64,000 bases of DNA from Asterias rubens (taxonomy: Eukaryota), in assembly GCF_902459465.1 (NCBI RefSeq), contig NC_047068.1, positions 3,782,001 through 3,846,000 of the forward strand. Reading direction: 5' to 3'. Made by a program: the position numbers and the translations under genes. Within the stretch, counting starts at the first letter, position 1; every line of letters starts with the position of its first letter. The notes below the pieces were generated by a model. It was not told the DNA's origin, searched no databases, and was given only the letters and a program-made list of their open reading frames with translations. Shown in pieces: positions 38,261-51,739 of the stretch.

Positions 38261-39142
38261 GCTCTCACTTGGCTGCCGATGCTGCATACTCCATAGGAGT
38301 TGAGATGGTAGGGTTAGTAAACAGGGGCAATAATAACGTGAGGCACTTTGAGGGGGAAATATATGGTTTTGGGTGTTTTGTTTTATACATTTTATTGCTT
38401 GGTCTTGTTTTCTTGTGCATCAATTGCAATCAACCTTTTTAGGGGCAGTCAGGTTGGCGTAGCGGTATCTTCCTTCGCCTCCCACATCCAAGAACCTACT
38501 TCAAACACCGCTGGGAGCTCTAGTGGATTGGATTTTCAGTTCCTACTCGATGGCGTGGGTTTTGTCCCCTGGAATAGTTCTCTAGGGTTTCACTCCCACT
38601 TTTCCAAACTGAAACTTCCTTCCTTGTCTTTTCGCAAAACAGTTCTTGACTAGTAACAGTGTATTTCACTTGGGTGAGGTCATCTATGTTTTCTAGATAG
38701 ATGCAATGCCCAATTGTTTACCAAGTTTATGTTTAAGAAAAGTTTTAGCATATAACATAGTTCTCTTTAGTCAAAGAAGTTTCAAACTTCATTTGGAGAC
38801 AAGGAAATAATAAACAAATATTTACTCAAAAGTACTTCATGTTTGTTTGTTATAAAACATCACCATTACACATGTATGTGGTAGGTCTTTTTCAAGGACC
38901 TCCACCTCTGATGCAAATTACAAACATAATCAAAGAGAGAGTGGGGGTTCAGTTTTGTCTTTAAAGGTAGGTTTATAGATTGGTAAATATTCCAAACCAT
39001 AAAAACTTTCTTGGAGAAAGGCACTGCAGCTGCAGAGTGTAAACTATTTTGATAAAAGAATCCTTTTAAAGTAATTTGGCTCAGAAAACTTTTCACACAA
39101 AAAACACACTAAATTACCTGCACAAACCAATCATATTACACT

Positions 39143-39322
39143 ATTAATTTTGGTTTTTACCCATACACCGATGTGTGTTAGCACTGTATACTCAGTACTT
39201 TCCCGAGTCCTGTGAAAAAATATCACAGGCATGTTACTCGGGTGGGATTCGAACCCACGACCCCCGCAACTCCAGAGCAGTGTCTTACCAACTAGACCAC
39301 CGAGACCGCCCGGCAGCTAGAG
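39143..39322 (-). mobile_element. tRNA-derived SINE family 1
   Basis: A box tggtctagttggt and B box ggttcgaatccc, then the body cgagtaacatgcctgtgatattttttcacagg. Partial copies near 2790, 3100-3300, 30570-30700, 45320-45420 and 46950-47050. Confidence 0.85.
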
Positions 39323-39330
39323 TTGGTAAC

Positions 39331-41075
39331 AGATCACTGCTACCTAGGAGGGCATACAAACACTGGTGCCAAGAGCCCACAGATCACTGCTACCTAGGAG
39401 GGCATACAAACACTGGTGCCTAGAGCCCACAGATCACTGCTACCTAGGAGGGCATACAAACACTGGTGCCTAGAGCCCACAGATCACTGCTACCTAGGAG
39501 GGCATACAAACACTGGGGCCTAGAGCCCACAGATCACTGCTACCTAGGAGGGCATACAAACACTGGTGCCTAGAGCCCACAGATCACTGCTACCTAGGAG
39601 GGCATACAAACACTGGGGCCTAGAGCCCACAGATCACTGCTACCTAGGAGGGCATACAAACACTGGTGCCTAGAGCCCACAGATCACTGCTACCTAGGAG
39701 GGCATACAAACACTGGTGCCTAGAGCCCACAGATCACTGCTACCTAGGAGGGCATACAAACACTGGTGCCTAGAGCCCACAGATCACTGCTACCTAGGAG
39801 GGCATACAAACACTGGTGCCAAGAGCCCACAGATCACTGCTACCTAGGAGGGCATACAAACACTGGTGCCTAGAGCCAACAGATCACTGCTACCTAAGAG
39901 GGCATATAAACACTGGGGCCTAGATCACACAGATCACTGGTACCTAAGAGGGCATATAAACACTGGTGCCAAGAGCCAATAGATCACTGGTACCTAGGGC
40001 CTATTAAAGACTGGTGCTCAGTGTGTACTGGTGCCTAGATCACACAGATCACTGGTACCTACATGTAAGAGGACATACAAACACTGGTGCCTAGAGCCAA
40101 TAGATCACTGGTACCTAGTGCCTATTAAAGACTGGTGCTCAGTGTGTACTGGTGCCTAGATCACACAGATCACTGGTACCTAAGAGGGCATACAAACACT
40201 GGTGCCTAGAGCCAATAGATCACTGGTACTGGTACCTACATGTAAGAGGACATACAAACACTGGTGCCTAGAGCCAATAGATCACTGGTACCTAGTGCCT
40301 ATTAAAGACTGGTGCTCAGTGTGTACTGGTGCCTAGATCACACAGATCACTGGTACCTAAGAGGGCATACAAACACTGGTGCCTAGAGCCAATAGATCAC
40401 TGGTACCTAGGGCCTATTAAAGACTGGTGCTCAGAGTGTACTGGTGCCTAGATCACACAGATCACTGGTACCTCGCTGTAAGAGGGCATACAAACACTGG
40501 TGCCTAGAGCATACAGAGCACTGGTACCTAGTGCCTATTAAAGACTGGTGCTCAGTGTGTACTGGCGCCTAGTTCACACAGATCACTGGTACTTACATGT
40601 AAGAGGGCATACAAACACTGGGGCCTAGAGCATACAGATCACTGGTACCTAGGGCCTATTAAAGACTGGTGCTCAGTGTGTACTGGTGCCTAAATCACAC
40701 AGATCACTGGTACCTAAGAGGGCATACAAACACTGGTGCCTAGAGCCAATAGATCACTGGTACCTAGGGCCTATTAAAGACTGGTGCTCAGAGTGTACTG
40801 GTGCCTAGATCACACAGATCACTGGTACCTCGCTGTAAGAGGGCATACAAACACTGGTGCCTAGAGCATACAGAGCACTGGTACCTAGTGCCTATTAAAG
40901 ACTGGTGCTCAGTGTGTACTGGTGCCTAGATCACACAGATCACTGGTACTTACATGTAAGAGGGCATACAAACACTGGTGCCTAGAGCATACAGATCACT
41001 GGTACCTAGTGCCTATTAAAGATTGGTGCTCAGTGTGTACCAACACTTGGGCCTAGAGCATACAGATCACCTAGG
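39331..41075. repeat. Satellite: 13 x 50-bp monomer, then about 9 higher-order units of about 115-121 bp
   Basis: Unit A agatcactgctacctaggagggcatacaaacactggtgcctagagcccac has period 50 over 39331-39980. From 39981, A alternates with a 65-bp unit B. Confidence 0.95.
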
Positions 41076-41619
41076 GCCTATGCACTGGTTCCTAAGGCCT
41101 ACAAAAAACTTGTGCTGAGTGCGTACAAACACTGACAAGAGCCTATACTGAACATTGGTGAGTGAGACCCATGAACACTTGTGCATTTATAAATTGGTTT
41201 ATTGGTTTATTTATTTAAAAATGCCATCGCAGCATACCGCTGAATTGCGGCATAATTTACAATAATCAAAAAATATTACATTAGTTGTTAAAAAGCTTTA
41301 TAATAGAAAAAACATAGTGAACATTTGATACAAAAATCACAAAAGCAATGGCCTGCCAGATATGTACAAACAGGTTCACTACATTTGTATACATTTAAGA
41401 CCAGAAAATTAAGCAATTATATTAACATGGTTCTAGGAGTTCAGGAGCTTGGTGAGGTAGGGCAAGGGGCTGTTTTGGAATCTTTTGGTGTTGCAGTGAA
41501 ACATACCAAGCCGTGCTCGTTGGCGGAGTTGCATAGATGAGTTGTTTACAGAAGCAGGGAACCACCTCGAAAATCTCACAGAAGCGCTTGCCTTCTCTGC
41601 AAATTGGTGGCAGAGTTTA

Positions 41620-41900
41620 TAGCCTTCAAAACACCATCAGATCACCTGGCAGGACATGGTACACAATAAGGAGTTCCTAAAGCAAACAAGTTTGCCCTCC
41701 AAAGAACCTCCAGTGGGCAGGAAACCTACTGAGAAGGCCACCTGAAAGTCTCTCCAAGCAGACCAACTCATTCAAGGGTCGATGAGACGAGGCCACCCAA
41801 GCCTCTCCGCTACAAAGACACAATCAAAAGAAATCTAACAAAGATGGCCAACGCCACAAAGTCATGGTCATTCCATTGAACCAACTGACAGCACGATGGT
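41620..41900 (+). mobile_element. Decayed 3' fragment of an RTE-type LINE
   Basis: Frameshifted motifs ITWQDMVHNKE, LQWAGNL and LRYKDTIKRNL resemble the RTE RT C-terminus (WQD.V.N.EVL, LRWAGH, LRYKD). Confidence 0.65.
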
Positions 41901-42944
41901 GATCACCATCCTTCCAGTCACACACCTTATTGTACCACACAATGGGCTGTATTTATACATTGGCTCCAGTCATAGTATTCAAGACCCACCCACATACATC
42001 AAGAAGACTGTGTTCATTGGTCGATCCCACCTGGACACTTTCAAGTAATGCCATCAAGGCAAGTATGCCAAGGCCAGTGGCAACCAATCTTGCGTTCAAA
42101 CACAAGGGCTGAAGTTTTTTGCACAATGGGCTTGCTTGGAGGGGTTGGTATAATAGCTCCGGATCTATAACATCTGGCTCCTGAATTACGCCAGAGACCA
42201 GCCTTGAGCGCTCTGTCAGGAGTTTTACAAATGTACCTTTGACCGTGCAATAATTTCCACGGAGATTCAAAGCCAATCCACACATACATGTGTACACAAC
42301 ATTCTACACACATACGCAATGCTGCATGCAGACGGTCAAAAGTGCAAGCTTACACTACATCATCGAGGACCAATCATAACACAGATATGGAAAGCTTACA
42401 TCACAGCACCTTTATCCAATGAATTTGTATCAAATGAAATCACTGCACCTGTTATAAGTGCCCGTCTTCTTTACCCTTGTGGATAAAAAAAGTGAACCAG
42501 TCAAAGCCTATTTTAGGTCATGTCCCAAACGGCGACTTCGGCTAGACGGCGCGCGTCTGCGTAAGTTCTTTCAACACTGGCAGACGCACTGATCTAGCCG
42601 TAGCTGCAGCCGAGGTCAACATTTCCAACACAGCCTTAGTCTTGATTAGTGACGTTTTTTTTTTATTAGTCCCCAAAAGAGGGCGCAACATAGTCTGTTT
42701 GGAAGGCTGACTCGGAGGGACTGGGCAAGTCTATAAATCTGGTTGGAAACAGAACTGTTTCACTTTGTTTTGATCCAGATAATTTTGTGAAATAGATCTA
42801 TTCTCTAACAACTTGTGTTGCGATATCGACTTAATTACATTAACAAAATACACGCCACCAATCATGAGTAGGGCCTGTTTCAAATACAAGCTTTATTCTC
42901 CTTTCTCTCGTTTAAAAAGCCCTGAGCAAGTACAAAAGCACGTG

Positions 42945-43094
42945 CAATGGGAGACTTTCAGGACGCTTGGTGGCAGCAGACTTACCAGGTAAAATCCATT
43001 GTTCTCAGTAATGTGCGCATGCTCAGAACTATGTAAACAATGGCAATTTACCTAGTCAGTCTGCTGCCACCTAGCGCCTCAAAGGCTCCCATTG
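42945..43094. mobile_element. Palindromic MITE of about 150 bp
   Basis: caatgggag...ggtggcagcagact / agtctgctgccacc...ctcccattg; the whole element is an imperfect palindrome. Confidence 0.85.
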
Positions 43095-44601
43095 TCAAAA
43101 CAACGGTGGGGCCAAGCTAGCCTGAGCTAAATCTGGAGCCGTAGCTGTGGTTTTGAAAAAGAGGCAAGGTCGATGAAACCACCAAGGCTGAACGGGCCGA
43201 TGTGTGCTATGCTAACAGGAATACTGGACAAAACAAATTTATATGTAAAGAAAATACTATGTTCATAAACATACTTGTTCAGGTTGATTTAGTTGCCAGA
43301 GCAAACTAAAGCAAGCTTCCAGATCAGATGATTTTAAATTATTCATGATTAAAGTACTTCGACTTGAAGGTTTTTCATTGATTTATTAAGCATCCCTGCA
43401 AAACTTATTTATTCATTCACCTTTAATATGCAATAGCCATATCATCAAGCCTTAATTGGGTTTTTCAGAAACGCCTCATTTGAAAGTTAAGTTGCCATTC
43501 TGCTCTACTAAAGAGCTATACATAATTAAAACTGACAGTAAAGACTGAGTTTTGAGTCAACACCGGGATGTTTGTATTGTCAGGTCATTTCCATTCATGA
43601 TAAACTACATTGAGTTCCCAAAGGAAAGATTAGCAGTCAAAGGCGCCAGTCACGAAGAAAAATCATTTTGCAATGGTAGGAAAAGGAAATGCAAGCATGA
43701 GCAAGTGGTTTATGCTGGAAGAAAGTGATGCGCAAGGCTTTCATTTGGTGAATTCTAAAGTCTAATAGGTAGGCTGCTGGAAACACCACTGTGGCTAAGT
43801 GAGCCAACGAAACAAGGAGCATGAAGGCCCGGTCACACAGACCCCGATAACGAGAACGACAAAGAGAATGTTCACACTGCATGACCTTGGTTTGAATGGG
43901 CATGGAGGTATATTCAGCGAGCATTTCAGGCTATCTTGGGACAACGGGACATCAGGACAACAGAAAAACTTGGGACAATGGGATATCAGGACATCTTGCT
44001 CACCCTGCAGGACTCGGGACACTACAGGGAAAACAGCGCGTCACAAAAAATCCTCTATGAATTCTCTAAAAAAATAAAAGGATGCTCAAACTCGTACAAA
44101 AACTAGGACATAAACATCTCCGTTGACCAACATACTTTCTCTAGGGCACAAAATGTTCACCCCTTGTTACTCCTACAAGATTGAGGGATCACCAAGACAG
44201 ACAGCGCATCTCAAACCAGTGTATGTGAAACCAAAAACTCCGAGATGCTTGTAATATTGTGTCCTCTGTAAAACCTTTGTATGTTTAACCCATAAAAAAA
44301 TAACAGGACATAAACATCTTCAATGACCAACATACTTTCAAGGCACGAAATGTCCAACCCTTGAATCGCACAAAACACACAGAAAAATGATCTGATAAAA
44401 GGCGCATTTCTGGAAAGATGCCCTGGCCCGAGAAAGTAAATGGAGGGAAAACTAGTCTAAGTGCCTACGAGCAAACAATCATGAAGATAAATCAGGCAGC
44501 TGTCCATGAGTCCCATCCGTCACATGCAGAGGAGATCACTACCGTGTCTCACGGTAGTAACAGAATACAAGCAATTCAGCGTGTCTTCAACCTCATCTTA
44601 A

Positions 44602-44974
44602 AGACACTGGACACTATTGGTAATTATCAAAGTCCAAAGTCTTCTCACTTGGTGTATCTCAACATATGCATAAAATAACAAACCTGTGAAAATTTGGGCT
44701 CAGTTGGTCGTCAAAGTTGTGAGATAAAAATAGAAGAAAAACTATCTTTGTCACACGAAGTTGTGTGCTTTCAGATGCTTGATTTCGGGACCTCAAGTCT
44801 TGGAAATCAAATTCAAATATTTTAGTGGAAAACAACTTTTTCCCCAAAAATACATTACTTCAGAGGAAGCCGTTTCTCACAATGTTTTATCGTATCAACA
44901 GCTCTCCTTTGCTGGTTAAGTTTTTATGATAATAATTATTATGAGTAATTACCAATAACTATGGTCCACTGCCT
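44602..44974. mobile_element. MITE family A
   Basis: ttaa|agacactggacac ... ggtccactgcct|ttaa. Confidence 0.9.
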
Positions 44975-44978
44975 TTAA

Positions 44979-45305
44979 AGGAACATTACAGTAATTGGTA
45001 AGGAAAACAAATGTCTAAGATCACAGATTTAATGATGATGATAGTAGAAAAAATCCCTTAAATATTTCTGTCTGAAACTAATTTCCTGTTTGGAGCATTT
45101 CATTCACAAATTTTGGGGGGAATTGATGTCAAACAAAATGTGTAATCAGTTTTTCACCATTTTCCCGTTTACCAAGTTGGTCGATTGATCTCAAACTCTT
45201 ACAGGTTTGTAAGTTTTATGTATAATGGTGGATTACATAAAAGCATAGAGCAAGGAACACCGAAAAAGCCCACACTGCCCACACTATTTTGTTAAGCAAA
45301 AAAAA
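44979..45305. mobile_element. MITE family B, sharing a TTAA with the adjacent family A copy
   Basis: ttaa|aggaacattacag plus family B interior. Confidence 0.75.
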
Positions 45306-47992
45306 ACAATTGTTTAATATTCATCTTTGGTTTTGCCCATATACACCGATGTGTGTATACTCAGTACTTTCCCGAGTTCTGTGAAAAAGAAAATCACTGG
45401 CATATTACTCGGGTGGGATGCTGTAATGTCCCTTATACTTAAACCATGATACTTGTCCCGGGGTCATGCCGCACTTGCCCATTGAAAGGTTCGACCATCA
45501 GAATGCAGAGTGTTTGACAGGAATCTTACTGAACACAAGCTTGTGAAAACAGTGTATGGTGAAACAGAGCACGCAATGAATATTGTTGTACGGCAGATGT
45601 CATCAGTGCGACTTGAATTGGACAGCATTCAAGATCTACACCTGTCCATTACACAATATGAATTTTACATAAGGGTTGGATTTGTGACCAATGCATGTTT
45701 GCAAGTGTATACTATACACACAGTGTATACAGGCGTTTCCAGACAAGAGAAGGGATCCTGACTTTTGAGTATTCCAACCACAAGACTGTTTAAAATATTT
45801 AGTCTGTTTGGAAACTGTTTAATTAATTTTTCCTATACTTATTTTCGAACCAGGCTTTTGTCTTTGTTTCTAAAAACTTGCGATTTGACCAACAGATTTA
45901 GATTTAAATTTAACAATTTGTATGTTTTGATTTGGGAAAGTTACAAAGTTATACATGGTCGAGTGCTGCAAGTTAACTAGCTTTACTAAAGTGCTTTATC
46001 TTGTGACAACTAATTGAGAAGATTTGACAAGGGACCATGGACAGTGAAACAATCATTGTCCTTTTACACAAGGTACATTTTGAGAAGAAATTGTACAGGC
46101 ATGCTCAAATTTAGCAAGGGACCCTTGCTATTGTAATGCTCTCGTGGCATGTGAAAAGGGCTTTTGTGAGGTTTCAGAGCAACTCAGGTCCCCTATGTTA
46201 TGCTTCTCATCCTTTGCTAACTTGGTTAGGTTTTTAAGAAAACACTACTTTGCGGTGGCATTTTCTTTTGTGATGTAACTGAATCTCTTCTTGGAAGGAA
46301 GACAATCCAAGAGGAATTATAGAAACTCTTGACTTCTCAAACTGCAGAACATCATTTTTTACGAAGTGTGACTGCAATCGCTGTCCTCTGAACTCCTCCT
46401 TTAACTTCGTCTGAGGAGCGCAAAAAATAACACTCCTCAAAATTTGAAGTGATTTTTCAATCATTTGGGAAAACAAATCTTTTTCTTTTTTCCAAACAGA
46501 AGAAAATGAGCTACGATGGCGGCGTTTATTTGCTTTGATCGTGTAACAAGAATAACAATCCGCCGACCCAATCCTGGAAGCTGCGGTGCGTAGTTCTCAC
46601 GTTTTCAAATTGAAAATAAAGAGCTCAGCAGTCGGATTTGATAAAAACAGGGTTTTTCCCCCACTTTTAAGTCCGATGTGTGAAGTTTGGTTCCGCTTGG
46701 GGAGTGCAAAACACTCTCGCCAATAAAGTACAGGGGGCAGTTTAACACACTTCTTGTATTTCTGAAAACATCTACTATAGCGAAAAAATTATTAGTAAGA
46801 ATGCTATTTAAAGTTTTTATTAAACATTTTTTTCATCATTCAATGTAGTATTGTTATTTTGGCACTTCTGAATTTTGTGTTGTCATTGATCCAATAACAA
46901 GGCCCTAAATCTCAAAGTAAAAAAAAAACTAACTACAGTTCAAAACTAACTACGAGTAACATGCCTGTGATATTTTTTCACAGGACTCGGGAAAGCACTG
47001 AGCTAACACACATCGGTGTATGGGGGAAATTTTAAAAAAAAATTAATAACTACAGTTCTGTCGTTGACGGCTTGCTTCAAAATGACAATCGTTTTTGAGG
47101 TCATTTGTAGGAGGTTGTATTCATACTGCATCAATCATTGGACTGGTTAGCAGTTTTTGATTACAGCTAATTTAATTTAATAACTCACTTGTATCACACC
47201 AACTTTACAACATTGGGTATAGGCCACCGACAGGCACCAGTTTACCCCTATCTAAGCATAGAGGACACCTACATTTCTTTCTAATTCACCGATCAATGGA
47301 CCCTTCCCATAAAATATGCTAATCACATTCACGCATGCGTACAGACCCTGTTGGTTGGCAAACGCCATAGAGTTGTGCACTAAGCAGACGCGCAATCGCG
47401 TCTGCGTCACGCACCCATTAGCTGTGTACAAAAACGGGCGATGTTCCCTCATTTTGCCAACCAAAACGTTAGTGCGCAGGCGCTATGTGCAATTTACATA
47501 TTTCATGGGCAGGGTCTATTCAACTGAACAAAATACTTCTTTTTTTTTCGCAAGGAAACTTGAGACAAAAGACAGCCCTGGGTTATGTTTCAAGTGAAAA
47601 CAAATAATAAGATCTATCAGAAAAGAACAAAATCATGTCTTATTTGTTTTAGAGGGTGTGAAGTGAGTAATGTTTCAAGTAAAAAACGTAACGCTCTATT
47701 GGAAAAGAACAAATGAAAGTCTTATTGAATGACAATTTTTTTTAGAGGGTGTGTGTTCGCAGAAACACCCCCTCAGTTTTATCCCCGACAGTATTTAAAA
47801 GGTCTCTTCACAGACTGAAATGGGTAATGTTTCAAGTGGAACATGTAAAAAGCCCTATCGAGAATGATTGAATGTCTTATTTAAGGACCCTTTCATATTA
47901 GAGGGTGTGTGTTTGCAGACACACCCCCTCAATTTATCCCCGACAGTATTTATTTGAAGTGAAACATGCAATAAGGACACTTTTATATTTAA

Positions 47993-48349
47993 CAGGCACA
48001 GTACACTATTGGTAATTACTCAAAATAATTGTTAGCATAAAAATACTTGGTAACAAGCAATGGAGAGCCGTATAAAACATTGTAAGAAATGGCTCCCTCT
48101 GAAGTAATGCAGTTTTTGAGAAAGGGGTTATTTCTCAGTCAAATAGTAAACTACTTTAGCTGAAGCCTTTTATTTCTACCTGAAACCACAACAAATTTGT
48201 AGAACAAGGGTGTTTATTCTCTCATCACTAACACTTTCTTGCGACTTCGATGACCATTTTGGCTTAAATTTTCACAGGCTTGTTACTTTATGAATGTTGA
48301 GATACACTAAGTGAGAAGACTGGTCCTTGACAATTACCAACAAGTACCT
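47993..48349. mobile_element. MITE family A, diverged copy
   Basis: Family A interior with degenerate termini and ttaa flanks. Confidence 0.8.
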
Positions 48350-48594
48350 TTAAGGAAACTTGAGACAATAGACAGCCCTGGGTAATGTTCAAGTTAAATC
48401 AAATGTGGAGCTCCATCAGAAAAGAAAAAATTCATGTCTTATGGAATAACACTTTTGTTTAAGAGGGTCTGTGTTTGCAGAACACCCCCTTAATTTCCTG
48501 ACAGTCTTTATCAGGTCTCTTCACAGATTGAAATGGGTAATGTTTCAAGTGGAAAATGTCAAATTTCTTAAATTTAAGGACACTATTACTTTAA

Positions 48595-48872
48595 AGGCAC
48601 TGGACACTATTGGTAATTACTCAAAATATTTGTTAGCATAAAAACTTACTTGGTATTAACAAGCAATGGAGAGCTGTATGAAACATTGTGAGAAACGGCT
48701 CCCTCAGAAGTAATATAGTTTTTGAGAAGGATGTTTTTGAGAAAGAGGTAATGCAGCAAGTGTTTTTTTTTTCTACCATTATTCTCTTGCAACGACCATT
48801 GACCATTTGTATTGTATTGGTTTGTCATTTTACGCATATTTGTTGGGATACACAAAGTGAGAATACTGGTAT
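48595..48872. mobile_element. MITE family A, right end truncated
   Basis: ttaa|aggcactggacactattggtaatt plus interior. Confidence 0.8.
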
Positions 48873-50351
48873 TTTATAATTAAAGCTAACAGAAACACCC
48901 CTCAAGTTCTCCCCGACAATTATACAAGGTCCCTTTACAGAGTACAGAATGACGCCCGCTACAATTACATTAGACAAGTACATGATTATTACATTCCCAT
49001 TATCACTCCATGGCTCCGGACGGCAGACAAGTTCAAGACGTGTACCGATGTCAAAATCGATAATATTCAAGTCAATATATCGAACACTCAAGTGCCGATA
49101 AAAACACATCTCTTGTTTCGTTTGTTCAAGTTTGATGCTTTGCAATCCGGTTTTAGTCTATATTAAATACATAATGCTATAAAAGGGCACCATCTATAAA
49201 ACATTGGTGTGGGACAATCTTTTTTGTGGTGACCCATAAATTTGATTATAGAATCTGTAACCTGATCGTTACCTTTTATTTGTACAAAACAAGGCCCTTT
49301 TTTAGCCATGTGTCTTGGATTCTTTTTATATGACTTTTAATATTGTAATCTAGTTTGTGGTCTCGCCGTAATGCTTTTAATGAACCAACCAATCACAACA
49401 AATGGACAACCACCATACTCAATAAAACATTTTAATGTTTTTTAAAGAGAGTTTGTCGTAAGGCCTAGGGGCCTATATGCACATCTGAATACATTTGCTA
49501 AATTAGTTCTCCTGCATTCCTGCCAAATCGACAGCAAGAATTGGAAATTCCACATTAGCCAAAAGTCACTTTAATCAAGAGTTTATTTACACAAATCTAG
49601 AAGCGAACAAAAAAAAAACATCAAATAGAAACTGTGATCCAGGCAAGTCCGAAAGATTAAACAAAAAGTTTTCAAATTTTAAAGGGAACAAGCTGTTAAA
49701 AGGTATGGGTTTTTTTTGTAGGACACAAAACACAATTGCCACAGATTTAAACCAGGATAAGAAAGCTTCCCTTAAAACATTACTTGCTGAGTAAGTAAAA
49801 AAAAATCATAAAAATAACTTTTGCCTCAGTGAGACTAAAAGCTTATTAATATTTAGCATGTACAACAGATTTACGTGACTGTTCAGAGAACATTGCTCTG
49901 TAATTTTCATCTTTTTCTCAAAAATGTGAAGAGTAATGAAGCTGAAACTCCTACCTAAGGATATTACAGATCTTCATTCACAGTGAGTAGGGATTCATGT
50001 CATGTCAATCAATAGAATAAACATAATCCTACCAAAAAGATGAACTTCTAAGCTTATAAATATTTCCATAAATCATTGGATTTGGTTAATCCGTATATTT
50101 GCTATTTATTTTTAACTTGTCTCTTGCTGCATGCTCTTGTAGTGCAATTGGGGGGTTTTTGTGCTTCTATTTATGATATTTTTAAATATTAAATTAATAG
50201 AAACAGAGTTTATAGCAAGAGGTGTGTTATGCCTCCCTAGTGGAATGTATTTTTGAATTTTAGTCTTTGAATATCTTGATTTTTTTATTTGTACTTAAAT
50301 AAATATTTGTATATCTTAATGTTTTTCTGTAATTTTAAAAATAGTATATAT

Positions 50352-51013
50352 TGTAGCGTCGACCGGGGGTTGCAATGCACACAGTTTAATGACACAAGAA
50401 AGGTACAATTAACTGGCTATTCTGTCATCGTTTCGAAGCTTTATTAACACTCAATCATTCACTGAAATTACACGAGAGAGAAGGCCTAAGCCAGAGAGCG
50501 CCCTCTCTGGAGAGTAAGCTTGGGCGATATCACGATACTATCGAATATCGAGATATTAATTTGGAAACGATTTCGATATCGTCTGGATTTGGTTTTAATC
50601 GAAATACCGATATATCGCGATATATCGCGATATATCGCAAGATATCGCGATAATCGCAATATATCGCGATATCGATTAAATATCGCGATGTATTTGCAAG
50701 CTTAGACATCTTGCACCCCATGGGTTTGGAGTAAAACCAGAAGAATAGGTCATTAGAACACCTCTCTTATGCTATGACTGTCTCTTCTACAACTTACTTG
50801 GAGTTTGAAGACTGATGATTTCAAATTTAATTAATCGCGATTATATCGAATATCGCGATATATTGTCGGCGATATATCGTGAATAAAATAAATCGATATC
50901 GCCCAAGCTTACTGGCGAGCAGACTCACAAATCAACCGGCTTGGGCCAAAAGCAGTGCTCCGAAGGGAAGTCGTGCTGGTGCCCCCAACCGGTCGATCGG
51001 CACCGCCGCTACA
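50352..51013 (-). mobile_element. Solo LTR (about 257 bp once the nested MITE is removed)
   Basis: TGTAGCG...CGCTACA termini with ATAT (up to ATATAT) on both flanks, and AATAAA on the minus strand near 50445. Confidence 0.75.
50515..50911. mobile_element. hAT-like MITE nested in the solo LTR
   Basis: TIR taagcttgggcgatatc / gatatcgcccaagctta; 8-bp TSD ctggagag / ctggcgag; subterminal gatatcgcg repeats. Confidence 0.85.
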
Positions 51014-51374
51014 ATATATTTTCTTATGCTCTCTAATTTTAAACGCAGTTCAGCCCCTGGCTGCCAAGTGTGAATGTAAAAAAACAAAATGCCATAAGGA
51101 GAGTAATAATGCCGTAATTATGCCGTAAATAGTACAACGCCTCAAGATGTGTTCCTTCAGAAGAACAACTGCTTCTTTGAATCCTTTACGCTTTACATTC
51201 ATTTTGATTCACACACACAAAAACAGCTGCAAGTATTTTGAGGAACTATTTAGCTTCTCCATCCTCATTTGTATCACTAATTAAGTGCAGTGCACAATTG
51301 CCAAATACGTAACCATTTCATTCGGTCATAAAACCTCACTAAAATTACTTCACATTTCTGAGGTATGGTTTTAA

Positions 51375-51739
51375 AGCCATTGGACCCTTTCGGTACAGAA
51401 ACAACAAAAAAGTTCTCAGATTTACAAATAACTTACAGGGTTTACAGAAGGTAGTGGTGAAAGACTGCTCTTGAAATAATATTCCATGAAATTCTTTACT
51501 TTTTGAGAAAACAGTAAAACCATATCAATTCTCGATATCGAGAATTACGGATTTATTTTAAACACATGTCATGACACGGCGAAACTTGCGGATACAAGGG
51601 TGGGTTTTCCCGTTATTTTCTCCCGACTCCGATGACCGATTGAGCTTAAATTTCCACAGGTTTGTTATTTTATATAGAAGTTGTGATACACGAAGTGTGG
51701 GCCTTGGACAATACTGTTTACCAAAAGGGTCCAATGGCT
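51375..51739. mobile_element. MITE family D (TTAA-flanked)
   Basis: ttaa|agccattggaccctt ... aagggtccaatggct|ttaa. Confidence 0.9.

Larger units (their letters stand above)
47560..48960. repeat. Degenerate local repeat interrupted by family A MITEs
   Basis: gacagccctggg.tatgttt/aatgttc and agagggtgtgtgttngcagaaacaccccct recur near 47570-47950, 48360-48560 and 48890. Confidence 0.65.

Noticed and set aside
37207-38700. ORFs between the DIRS and the satellite as ENDOV 5' exons
   Set aside because: None contains ENDOV motifs, and several overlap a SINE or the dispersed repeat.
39230-39315. tRNA gene
   Set aside because: It has A and B boxes but no complete cloverleaf, and it continues into a multicopy SINE body.
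39331-41075. CRISPR-like regular array
   Set aside because: There are no unique spacers: whole units repeat. No cas genes are present and the context is eukaryotic.
50520-50900. Dense GATATC/CGCG sites as a restriction-modification or regulatory array
   Set aside because: They are explained as subterminal repeats of a hAT-like MITE with TIRs and an 8-bp TSD.
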